Positions 1-11,812 of a stretch of 64,000 nt of DNA are shown piece after piece. Every line of letters starts with the position of its first letter. Position 1 is the stretch's first letter. Below the pieces are notes generated by a model. That model worked only from the letters and a program-made list of their open reading frames with translations. It did not search any database and was not told the origin of the DNA. The DNA comes from Octopus vulgaris (lineage: Eukaryota): positions 23,374,001 through 23,438,000 of the forward strand of contig OX597822.1 in the NCBI GenBank assembly GCA_951406725.2, given 5' to 3'. The translations under genes and the position numbers were made by a program.

Positions 1-155
1 CATAGAGAAAGAGAGAGTGTAGAGACATAGTTGACATAAAAAGTATAGGATAAGTGCTCATACTTATCTTGGTTGCAGGCAATGAGTAAAGGAGCGCTAC
101 ACAAACACGCACACGCACGCACACGCACGCACACGTACACACACACGCACGCACT

Positions 156-269
<114 letters not shown>

Positions 270-517
270 GAGAGCGTAAGAATCACAGGAGGAGGTGGAG
301 TAAATGACAGAGTAGATTGGTGTAGCTGAAAAATGCTCCGCCGTGGTCAATTGATATTTTCCGTAGATGCTTTTTCAAGCAAGCTGTCCGTTAGCTGTAC
401 GTTTCCTTTTGCATTTGTGACTTGGATATTGGCTAAGATTCGTTTTGCAAGAAACATCGTTGGTCTTAGAAACATCCTTATTTATTTATTTATTTATCTA
501 TTTTCCTTTACTTTTTC

Positions 518-715
518 TCTTTTACTTTTAGACTGTGGCCATACTTGGGCACCGCTTTGGAGAATTTTTTAGTCGAACTAATCAACTCCAGTACTTATTT
601 CGAAGCCTGGTACTTATTCTGTTCGTCCTTTTGCCGAACCGCTAAGTTATGAGGACCAAAAAACACCATCGCACGTACACACACAAACACAAACACACAT
701 ATATACGACGGGCTT

Positions 716-718
<3 letters not shown>
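518..718 (-). mobile_element. CORE-type tRNA SINE (family A), 3' part
   Basis: Reverse complement of the family A tail (cttagcggttcggcaaaag...gaataagtacc..., atggccacagtc...gtaaaagag). Confidence 0.75.
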
Positions 719-769
<51 letters not shown>

Positions 770-1374
770 CATGAGTATACATATGGACATGTGGATGTGA
801 GTGTAATTCTATTAGTTCGTTGGTGAGGGTTTAAATAGAAAAATATTAGTATTGTAATAATACTAGACTTCTTACGTAGGGAGGTTATCTGTATAAGCTA
901 TAAGGAGTTATTTTGATTATATATCTTAGAATATTAGCGTATTTTGACTTTTTACAATCAATTTCTTATAATTTAATTATTATAAACCTCTGTTAACTTA
1001 GTATATATATATTTTTATGTCTTTTGATAGACAAACATAAACGGGTATTCTATACTTTATAATTTAGCGAATGTTTGAATAAAACAGCGGTAAAGTTCCG
1101 GACATTTTTAGTTCTAAAATATTATGTTTACGAAAAATACGGTGTAACATGAATTATGTACCTTATGACAAATTACACTCTCTATCTGGATATAATTATA
1201 TGTATGTTTGCATTTACGGATTTATGGACATATGTGAGTGGATCTGTTTGTAAATACTTAGTTAATACCACGGCCATGGTGCCGTCCGGGGCGGGTGGAT
1301 GTCTGTATGCATGTATGTGCAATCGGTTGAGTTCCTCTGTTTTGCATGTGTATAGTTGCGATAGTACCTCTTAT

Positions 1375-1410
<36 letters not shown>

Positions 1411-1990
1411 TGATTTGGTTGTGTATGTGGGTATGTCTGTGTGTATGTGTGTGGGTGTGTGTGTGTGTGTGTGTGTATACATATAACTATGTATGTATGT
1501 GCGCACGATTTGTGGATGTGCGTGCGCGTGTCAATGTTTCCTAGCTAACTAAACGTAAAATTTCCATTGTAATTCAAATTTAAAACTATAGGCCAATCGA
1601 ATCCATCTATGAAAATCAATACCATGCGGGCAGAGGAATTCGAATGATTGCGTATATATGTGGATGTCCGTGTGCATTGGTTGGTACAGTCGTGGTGTTA
1701 TTAATATTAATATTAATTTTATTGACTTTTTCTGTAATAACACATTTTAATATATTGGACTGTTCAATATATATGCCTGCTTTGAGTGTGAGTGTACATG
1801 TTGTGGTTCCTTGACGTTGGTTATGGAACTGTGGAGTTCAATATGGAACATTATTGTGTTTGTTGATGTATATTGATCTATATTGTTTATATTGTATTAT
1901 TGTGTATATATATATATATGTAAGAATATGAGTGTGTATGCACACATATTTATATTTATATGTAAATTTTTTTCATACTTGCATTAAATT

Positions 1991-2099
1991 CTCTGAAGAG
2001 GCCGTGGGATATTCTTGTTAATGTCTCATTTATACCTGCTTTATATGGCTAATAGGTTAAATGGGACATACCTGTCTTCACGGCCGAAACAGCTGTCAG
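1991..2099 (+). ncRNA. Type I hammerhead-ribozyme-like motif (Penelope/retrozyme type)
   Basis: CTGAAGA 1993-1999; perfect 7-bp stem II GGCCGTG 2000-2006 / CACGGCC 2079-2085; GAAAC-AGCT-GTC 2086-2097; stem I only CT/AG; AT-rich tail runs to (TA)n at ~2263. Confidence 0.7.
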
Positions 2100-2259
2100 C
2101 TACAATGTAAATGTATTTCTATTTCTATTTCTATGTCTTGTTATATTTGTACTATATTAATGTATAATATCATTGCTATTGTGTAATGGTTTAATAAAGT
2201 ATTGATTGGGTATTATCAGATGGTTGATGATTGATTTAGATATATTTCTCCATTTTCTC

Positions 2260-2336
<77 letters not shown>

Positions 2337-2968
2337 GACAGATACTTCCCCAAGTTACCACCTCGTGGAACTGAACCCGGAACCATGTGATTGGGAACCA
2401 AACTTCTTACCACACAGCTGCGCCTGCGCCTATTTATGTATGTATTTATTTATTTATTTATCTATCATAAAATATTTGAATGTTCCGTAATTATTTTTAT
2501 GTTCCGTGTACGATACATTAGATAGTTAAATAGAAAGAATTAGCTTCATTGTTCTGTGACAGGGACACAGTTCTTTTAATTCACTTTGCGATGGAAATAC
2601 CATTACCCCTTCCAGTAACTAGAATTATATGAGAACAGTCTCAAAGAATAAAGATAACAACTTCCACTAGCTGATTAAGACTTTCTTAAAGAAATTCAGC
2701 TGTTACTTGGCACTGGTTACATGACTACACGCTATATTTCTTTTACAATAGGGTAGAATATACATACAAACATACATACATACATACATACATACATACA
2801 TACATACATACATACATACATACATACATACATACACACATACATACATACAAACATACATACATACATGTACATACTTATATATATATACATACATACA
2901 TACATACATGCACACATGCATACATACATACATACATACATGCACACATACATACATACATACATACA

Positions 2969-3001
<33 letters not shown>

Positions 3002-3233
3002 GCACACATACATACATACATGCACACATACATACATACATACATACATGCACACATACATACATACATACATACATACATACATACATACATACATACA
3101 TACGTACGTACGTACGTACATACATACATATGTACATACATACATGGATATATATATATGAGTTAAATATAAAATGAGACAACAAAGCCAAGGCAGTGTG
3201 AAATTTCTAGGACATTTATAAAGAGAAAGGTAG

Positions 3234-3279
3234 TCTTACAGCTGTTTCAGTGATGTAAAAGATATACTATCATCGGAGA
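3234..3279 (-). ncRNA. Hammerhead-like motif (CCGATGA core variant)
   Basis: Minus strand TCT-CCGATGA-TAGT..ACT-GAAAC-AGCT-GTA-AGA; stem I TCT/AGA. Confidence 0.65.
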
Positions 3280-3547
3280 GGATAAGGGAGAGTTAAATAA
3301 AAGGAAATAGTAGGGTTCAATATAAGAACTTTATGAGAAGTATAAAGGGAAATACGAGAATAAAAATAAAAATATGTGTTGAATGTTAAAGTTGCTGTAC
3401 CATTATCCAGGCAATGTACTGTGTAGAATAGGTAAAAAGGCTTCTCGTCCATGGTATGTAAATTCCAACATATATTTTTACTCTCATATTTCCCTTTATA
3501 TTTCCTATATCTCTACCTTTGAAAAAATAATTTCCTTCTAATATCGA

Positions 3548-3592
3548 CTCTGATGATGGGATATCTTTTACATTCCTGAAACATCTGTAAGA
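3548..3592 (+). ncRNA. Hammerhead-like motif
   Basis: CTGATGA 3550-3556, GGGA../..TTCC stem II, GAAAC-ATCT-GTA-AG 3578-3591. Confidence 0.65.
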
Positions 3593-3665
3593 CTATCTTT
3601 CTCTTTATAAATGTCCTAGAAATTTCACACTGCCTTGGCTTTGTTGTCTCATTTTATTTAATTCA

Positions 3666-3740
<75 letters not shown>

Positions 3741-3849
3741 ATATATATATCCACGTATTTGTGTATGTATGTATGTATGTATGTTTGTATGTATATTCTA
3801 CCCTAGAAAGCGAAGTTACATGTAACCAGTAGCCATAAAAGTGACCTAT

Positions 3850-3923
<74 letters not shown>

Positions 3924-4931
3924 TGAGAGAAAAAGAAAGAGAGAGAGAGAGAGGTAGAGGGAGAGAGAGAGAGGTAGAGGGAGAGAGAGAGAAGGAGAGA
4001 GATTGCTGTAAAAATCGTGTATTACAAAATTCGACAGTCTAAAAAGAGTGTTGGGGACACAACATAATATATCAACAACAACAACAACCAAGTTATAAAA
4101 TACTGATTTACTTGAAAGATTGAAATTAATTGGCGAACCATATGGAATCGATTATTTCCTCTGGCCGTTTACGTTCTGAGTTCAGATTCCGCCGAGATCA
4201 GCTTTATCTTTAATCGATAAAATGAAGCAATTTTAGGGAGAGACCAGTTGATTGCGTCCACCACAGTGCTTGAACCCAAAGGATAAAAAGGTAATGCTGA
4301 CCTCGACGATATTTGAACTCAGAACACAAAGAAAAACCGTTTTAAATATTTTGTCCGACGTGTTAACAGTTCTGCCAACTCGCAAACAATCTTAAATATT
4401 GCAACAAGTATGTAATTCGTGGAAGAGTGATTTCAGTTGAATTGTCTCAGTGAGTGTAGGTCTCATAGAGAAGTCTGACTAAACTTAACGACATTTCATA
4501 ATACACTGTACAGTTAAGAGATAAAAGAAATGCTAATACAGCAGTTCTTGTGTGTGTGCTGAAACAGAAAAGATTAGAATGAAAATCGATTTGAATTATT
4601 AACTTAACGATCTTACTGTGAAAACACTTTGGGCTGTACACCAATATAGCACGGCATCTTAGTTTTAAAGATTGGAATTATTGTATATATTATTTCTGTG
4701 ATAAAGAGTTTAAATGCCGAATATATATATATTTATTTCATTAATATTTCATACATACACGAAAGTGCACATATATATTCTGTTTTGGAATGTTGCATCT
4801 CAAAGTAGACAATTCTTTAAACAATAGCGCATAGATATTAAGTTATGACGTCAACTACATACATATATATGTATTATGTTATATATATATATACATACAT
4901 GCATTTGTCTGTTTGTCTGTTTGTCTGTCTG

Positions 4932-5008
<77 letters not shown>

Positions 5009-5030
5009 TGGTATGTATGTGCAGCCGCCT

Positions 5031-5571
5031 TATTTCATTCCATAACTGCCATCTCTGAAGAGTGCAAGGTTACATAATCGGGTTGTTATCTAACATTCCG
5101 TCGAATTCCTAGTGCGAAACCGATTGGCAAGATCGGCTGCAATGAATATATATGGAACGGTATACTACGAAAATGTTGCAAGAAGCAAGGAAAATTTTAG
5201 GAAAAATAAATAAGTAAATGAGCGGAAAATTTATCGTGAGTGTGTTAAATAATAAGGCACTAAAAGAGAATAACTCTCCCCAGACACAACAAAATGTATA
5301 CTGCGATTAATATATTTGTGTGTGTGTGTGCGTGTGCGTGCGTGTGCATGTGCGTGTGTGTGTGTGTGTGCGTGTGTGTGAGTCGTCTATGAGTCTATAA
5401 GTTAGGAAAAATGTACTCGTATATTTGTCAATAGAGTGGGTATTATCGATATTTCGTTCCATATCGGCTACCTCTGATGAGCGTAGGATTACATAATAGG
5501 ATTGTTACCTAACACTCCGTTGAATCCCTAGCGCGAAACTGATTGGTAAGATCGGTCGTAATGGATGTATA
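5031..5571 (+). repeat. Direct repeats (5031-5152, 5450-5571), each with a hammerhead-like motif
   Basis: ATCT-CTGAAGA..GTGC-GAAAC-CGATTG-GCA-AGAT and CT-CTGATGA-GCGTAGG..CCTAGCGC-GAAAC-TGATTG-GTA-AG; period 419 bp. Confidence 0.75.
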
Positions 5572-6512
5572 ATACTCTACATTTCGGATAATATATATAT
5601 TAAAAAAAATTCATTAACAAAAATAATATTGACACCATTTCGAAGTCTCTACCAGCTAAGTCAACATCGGACATTAGAAACCAAATCATCAGCCCACCTT
5701 ACTGTCTTCAAACAGGAAAGATACATTCGGCAATGCTCTTCTAGAATCACCATTATCTATGAGAAGAACGAGATGATCACAGCTTGTCTGGGATTTAATA
5801 ACAGTAGTTAAATAATCTATATTTATATATAGAATCATAGCAAGGGAAAGAGAAGTTAAGATCACGAAGTGAAGTGGTTTGAATTCACGATTGTAGTGAT
5901 AGTTAGGCATGGGTGGGTGGATAAGTAGCTCACTTTGCAACCACGTGATTTCGGGTTCAGTCCCACTGCATGGCACTTTGGATATGTATCTTTTTCTGTA
6001 GCTCGTGGCAAACTAATGTCTTGTGAGTAAGTATGGTAAACGGAAACTCGTCAGATGTATACGTTCGACTGCCATCCGTGTAGCATCTCTTATATTCTTT
6101 CCCACAACTGTCATCCCTTATCTTCCTGCCTTAAGGCTTCACTCCACACGCACCAGCTTAATTTAATTCGTCCTTAGTCGAAAGACACCTGTTGTTAATG
6201 TCTTGTTGTTTGTATTTATAATTGTGTACCATTACTCCGTCTGTTCGTCCTTGTTTTCGTATACATTCGCTTGGTTTCTTCCAAAGAATCTAGGGCTCTT
6301 AGCTTAGATTTTCTTGGGGCCATCCAGATTGGAACAGTCCCGAGTGTATCCGGGCAAACCTCCAGGGATGATCTGGAACTCGACTGACGATAGAAAGTTC
6401 CGAATGACCCGTCCTTGTTTTTTTCCTGTCCTTCTTTGTATCGTCTAACTGTCCAGATGTTTTGTTTTCGCCTGTTACGTTCTTGTTCCATTTTTTGTTT
6501 CGGTTGTATATG

Positions 6513-6624
<112 letters not shown>

Positions 6625-6695
6625 ATATATGTATATGTATATACGTATATGTATACATACATACATACATACATACATACATGCATACATACATG

Positions 6696-6803
<108 letters not shown>

Positions 6804-6813
6804 CATACACACA

Positions 6814-7007
6814 CGAGGTGAGTGCTGAAAAGTCCCTGGCTTTAAGAGTATCATGAAAGGCCTGGTTGGAGGCTCAAACTTCCGAATTATTTTACAGGGC
6901 TTAGAAAACCTTTAGTGTGAATCTGAGTGGGGAATATGTTGGATAAAATCATAATTAACTGATCCTCCTGTATTTCCTTTTACCCAATGCCAGGAAATTT
7001 TCAGCAC
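6814..7007 (+). mobile_element. Mariner-derived MITE (~200 bp family)
   Basis: TIR gtgctgaaaagtccctggc / gccaggaaattttcagcac; similar to 21394, 26675 and 26948. Confidence 0.8.
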
Positions 7008-7046
7008 ATATATATACATATATATACGTGTGTGTATGTATGTGTA

Positions 7047-7122
<76 letters not shown>

Positions 7123-7390
7123 CGTTTGTATGTATGTGTGTATTTATGTGTGCATGGGCTTATATGCGTATCTTTATGTTTGTCCCGTTCCATCATCGCT
7201 AGGCAACTGGTGTTGGGTTGTTAACGTCTCTATAACTTAGTAGTTTGGCAAAAGAGACCGATAGAATAAGTAACTGAAACTGTTATCTTACATTACAATA
7301 ATGATGTCATTGTTTCACTTTTGACACGTAATACCGAAATACTCTAAGAAATCGCAGTAAAGTGGGTCTGTTCGTTCGACTAAACCCATC

Positions 7391-7635
7391 GTGGAGGCAC
7401 GTGGCCGAGCGGTTAGAGCAGCGGTCGAGGGATTGTGGGTTCGAATCTCAGACCAGGCGATGTGTGTGTTTATGAGCGAAACACCTAAGCTCCACGTTGC
7501 TCCGGCAGAAGGTAATGGCGAACTTCTGCTGACTCTTTTGCCACTGCAACGGACCGGCGTCCCGTCCAAGTGGGGAACCTGTACGCCAAGGAAACCGGGA
7601 AACCGGCCCTTATGATCCAGGCATGGCTCGAGAAG
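7391..7635 (+). mobile_element. tRNA-derived SINE (family C)
   Basis: A box tggccgagcggtt and B box gggttcgaatctc, then gagcgaaacacctaagctccacg body. Confidence 0.75.
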
Positions 7636-8015
7636 GAACAACTAAACCCTTCAAGGCAATGCTCTAGTATGGCCGCAGTCCAATGACTGAAACAAGTAAC
7701 AGGCAAAAGGATATACCACTGTTACCTTTGAGAAAGACATATGAAAGCCCACCTTGGTAATTTCCTATTACTCCTTCAAATTACACGGTACTGTGCCTCA
7801 ATACAAACAAATTGATATTTCCTGAATTAAAGGAGTGTAGAGGCTTGACTAGTCAGTTCCGTATACCGGTTGACACCAATTTGCTTATGCTTCAGACGCT
7901 AACGACCTCGGTGGGTGACATAAATGCCCTAAATTTCCTTATCATTCTCTCTCACTTCGCCATTAATATGATATGAAGTAGGAGCATTCTGTAAAGAAAA
8001 AAAGAAACCGATATA

Positions 8016-8073
<58 letters not shown>

Positions 8074-8129
8074 TATGTAGTCTTCCGACAGTCAACACTA
8101 AATTTATATACATGCGTACAGCAGTATAC

Positions 8130-8531
8130 TCTTTTTACTCTCTTTTACTTGTTTCAGTCATTTGACTGCGGCCATGCTGGAGCACCGCCTTCAGTCGAGC
8201 AAATCGACCCCAGGACTTATTCTTTGTAAGCTTAGTACTTATTCTATTGGTCTTTTTTGCCGAACCGCTAAGTTACGGGGACATAAACAGCATCGGTTGT
8301 CAAGCGATTTTGGGGTACAAACACAGACACACAAACATATACACACACATATATATATGAATATATACGATGGGCTTCTTTCAGTTTCTGTCTACCAAAT
8401 CCACTCACAAGGCATTGGTCGGCCCAAGGTTTTAGTAGAAGACACTTGCCCAAGGTGCCACGCAGTGGGAATGAACCCGGAACCATGTGGCTGGTAAACA
8501 AGCTACTTATTACACAGCCACTCCTACGCCT
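8130..8531 (-). mobile_element. CORE-type tRNA SINE (family A), full length
   Basis: Head ggcgtaggagtggctgtg, CORE-like ggcaccttgggcaagtg, internal TA/TG tract, gtaaaagag tail. Confidence 0.85.
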
Positions 8532-8845
8532 ATGAATATATTTATATAACTTCCAGAACTGATTATTATGAAAATTTAAAATCAGAATTTTTTTCAATTT
8601 TTCTTTTCATTTTATTCAATAGGAAGAAGTCTTAAATGATCGAAAGCGATACATGTCTTCTTTCAGTTTTCCTTTATAATGTTCTCCAAACATTTTCTAC
8701 TTTTCCTTATTTTTTCAATCATAAAAGGAAGTGCGGTGAAGCAGAGATATAGTTCCGGTGATTCGAACCCGCAAACTGGTTTCGATTTTTGCAATGAAGC
8801 TTTCAACAAAAGATGATCGTCATACAATCTCCTACCTGTCTAATT

Positions 8846-8983
8846 ACTGGGTTGTCCGGAAAGTTCGTGCCGATTTTTAAAGGAAAGAAAACGGTCAATA
8901 AATACTTGCCATTACATTTTTAATCAACCAGATATGAACCATTTTGTCTCCATCTTTCCTTTAACTTGAAAAACCCTCTTCCC
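8846..8983 (+). mobile_element. Mariner-like terminal fragment
   Basis: tactgggttgtccggaaagttcgtgccgatttt resembles mariner TIRs; no partner TIR seen. Confidence 0.45.
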
Positions 8984-9765
8984 AGATGCCAAGAACCCTC
9001 CTAAGTATCCTTAGATGCCAAGAACCCTCCTAAGTATTCTTAGATGCCAAGAACCCTCCTAAGTATCCTTAGATGCCAAGAACCCTCTTAAGTATCCTTA
9101 GATGCCAAGAACCCTCCTAAGTATTCTTAGATGCCAAGAACCCTCCTAAGTATCCTTAGATGCCAAGAACCCTCCTAAGTATCCTTAGATGCCAAGAACC
9201 CTCCTAAGTATCCTTAGATGCCAAGAACCCTCCTAAGTATCCTTAGATGCCAAGAACCCTCCTAAGTATTCTTAGATGCCAAGAACCCTCCTAAGTATCC
9301 TTAGATGCCAAGAACCCTCCTAAGTATCCTTAGATGCCAAGAACCCTCCTAAGTATTCTTAGATGCCAAGAACCCTCCTAAGTATCCTTAGATGCCAAGA
9401 ACCCTCCTAAGTATTCTTAGATGCCAAGAACCCTCCTAAGTATTCTTAGATGCCAAGAACCCTCCTAAGTATCCTTAGATGCCAAGAACCCTCCTAAGTA
9501 TCCTTAGATGCCAAGAACCCTCCTAAGTATTCTTAGATGCCAAGAACCCTCCTAAGTATTCTTAGATGCCAAGAACCCTCCTAAGTATTCTTAGATGCCA
9601 AGAACCCTCCTAAGTATCCTTAGATGCCAAGAACCCTCTTAAGTATCCTTAGATGCCAAGAACCCTCCTAAGTATTCTTAGATGCCAAGAACCCTCCTAA
9701 GTATCCTTAGATGCCAAGAACCCTCTTAAGTATCCTTAGATGCCAAGAACCCTCCTAAGTATCCT
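8984..9765 (-). repeat. Minisatellite, 27 x 29 bp (AGATGCCAAGAACCCTCCTAAGTATYCTT)
   Basis: Units start at 8984 and every 29 bp to 9738; only two variable positions; minus strand reads RILRRVLGI*. Confidence 0.97.
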
Positions 9766-10227
9766 AGCTGTCCCCAATAACATTGTTTTCTGGAGCTGTA
9801 CTAAAGTATTTCCTATATCCACCTGTTCAAATCTTTAGTTCCTAATACACCTGTAGCTACTGGGATACATTTTACTCGCACTTTCCATAGTCTCTGTAAT
9901 TCAATGTCTAGGTCTTGGTACTTTGCTATTTTTTATATACCCCTCGTACTGATTTTTTCATCATTTGGGACTGTAAAGTCAATTATCTGGCACTTTCTAT
10001 TCTCTTTGTTTACTACTGCTAAATCAGGCCTCCTATTTTCTATTACTCTGTCAGTTTGTATGTGAAAGTCCCACATCTTATACTTCTTACTTTCTAGTAC
10101 TTTACTAGGTTCATATTCATACCATTTATCAGTATGGTCAAATCCTAGTTTTCTACATAACTCCCAGTGGAGTACTCTCTCTAGATTGTCATGTCTTTTT
10201 ATATTCTTTCTGTGCCATCATGCTACA
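9738..10227 (-). pseudogene. 5'-truncated R4/Dong-like non-LTR retrotransposon, endonuclease domain, disrupted
   Basis: Minus-strand peptides KEYKKRHD..LHWELC, WDFHIQTDRVIENRRPDL..IIDFTVP, KIAKYQDL, LLGTARILRRVLGI*. Confidence 0.88.
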
Positions 10228-10254
10228 TTATTATTATTATTATTATTATTGTTA

Positions 10255-10352
<98 letters not shown>

Positions 10353-10412
10353 GTTGTTGTTGTTGTTGTTGTTGTTATTATTATTACTATTATTATTATT
10401 ATTATTATTATT
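10228..10412. repeat. (ATT)n/(GTT)n microsatellite between the two LINEs
   Basis: Direct reading. Confidence 0.95.
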
Positions 10413-11263
10413 CAGTAGTTTTATTTTTATAGCGTGCTTTCACTTCACTACCGAGCGCAGCTCTGTGTGCCTTGGGTATGTGCTGTGATTTGTTGTGATG
10501 CTCTGATGGTTATTGTATGGAAAGTGTTCTGCGTAGGATGTGTGCAGTACCTAGTAGTGCAATTTTCTGTATGTTATATGTGTTTGTAAGTCCTGGTGTT
10601 TTTGTTATGTATTTGTCTGAATATTTTTTTACCATGCCTAATGCACCTACTATGATAGGGATTGTTTCTGTTTTTAGATTCCACATTCTGGTTACCTCTA
10701 TTTCCAGGTCTTTGTATTTTGAAAGTTTCTCCATTTCTTTTAGAGACACGTTGTCATCTGCCGGTATTGATACATCAATCAGAAAGCATTTTTTTTCTTC
10801 ATGATCTCTGACAACTATATCTAGTTTGTTGGCCTTAATTTCTTTATCTGTGTGTATCGGCATATCCCAGAGTATGGTTGCTTTCTCGTTTCCTGTGACC
10901 TTTTCTGGTGTGTGCCTATACCATCTTTTTTCTGTTGTTATTCCATAATGTTGGCATAGCTTCCAGTGTATGTAGGTTCCAACTCTGTCATGTCTGTGAA
11001 TATATTCCTTCTTAGCCAGGACTGGGCAGTCAGAGATAATATGATTTATTGTTTCTTGTCCATTCCACATATTCTGCAGTTACTTGTTATATTTCTTTTC
11101 ATTACATCTTTTTGGTAATTTCTGGTGGGGAGGCTTTGGTTTTGTGCTACAATTAAAAATCCCTCTGTCTCTGCTTTGAGTCCTGAGCTTCTCAACCATT
11201 GCTAGGATTTTTCTTTGTCTATTTCTTTTGCATTTAGTTTAGTGCAGTATTTACCATGAAGGG

Positions 11264-11265
<2 letters not shown>
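10413..11265 (-). mobile_element. 5'-truncated R4/Dong-like non-LTR retrotransposon with CCHC finger, restriction-like endonuclease and 3' UTR
   Basis: ORF 10510-11070: ETINHIISDC, RHD, WDMPIHTD, (P>L)DIVV..IDVSIP, EKLSKYKDL, LGTAHILRR; (TAA)n on both sides. Confidence 0.9.
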
Positions 11266-11301
<36 letters not shown>

Positions 11302-11764
11302 GCTTTTCCAGAGAAGGAAGGACAGATCCTGTAATTCGTTCTTTTTCTCAAGGATGCCAAGAGTTGTTTAAAGAAAACATCCTCAGATCACAGACATACA
11401 AATGAATCCGATGGGCAGCTTCTGGCGTTAACTCGTGCGACAAACAACTTCACCTTAGAAACTTTTGAAAATTATATTCTCCCGTCTGAAAATTATATTC
11501 GCCCGTCACCTCTCAAATTTCACGGTTTTGTGCTTCACTATACACAAACCAATGCTTGTTCTAGCATTAGGAGTGTATTGAGAGTTGACAAGCTAGTTCC
11601 GAAACTATTTGAAGTCGATTTTAGTTCATTTAAGTCACTAAAGACCCCTGGAGGTGGCAGAAACATCACATACTCATTTTTTCTCTCTCACCTCACTACT
11701 CATAAATAATATAAAATGTTTGAGTTCACTCAAAAGGAAACAAGTATTTATAATATATATATAT

Positions 11765-11812
<48 letters not shown>

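Larger units (their letters stand above)
2708..3835. repeat. ~1.1 kb imperfect foldback with a hammerhead motif in each arm
   Basis: Inverted matches 2708-2723/3819-3835, 2749-2780/3775-3805, 3141-3280/3547-3667 plus 3740-3757, and 3341-3384/3462-3500. Confidence 0.85.

Noticed and set aside
1549-1743. GIY-YIG endonuclease remnant upstream of the 1991 hammerhead
   Set aside because: Only vague similarity and on the strand opposite the ribozyme; not supportable by eye
6384-6413. Hammerhead CTGACGA..CGAA..GTC
   Set aside because: GAAA core incomplete and no stem I pairing
7391-7460. tRNA genes (also 25363, 39444, 48051, 63030)
   Set aside because: A/B boxes continue into SINE bodies and no complete cloverleaf with acceptor stem is seen
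8984-9765. CRISPR array (29-bp repeats)
   Set aside because: Units are contiguous with no spacers, no cas genes are present, and the unit derives from the LINE ORF end
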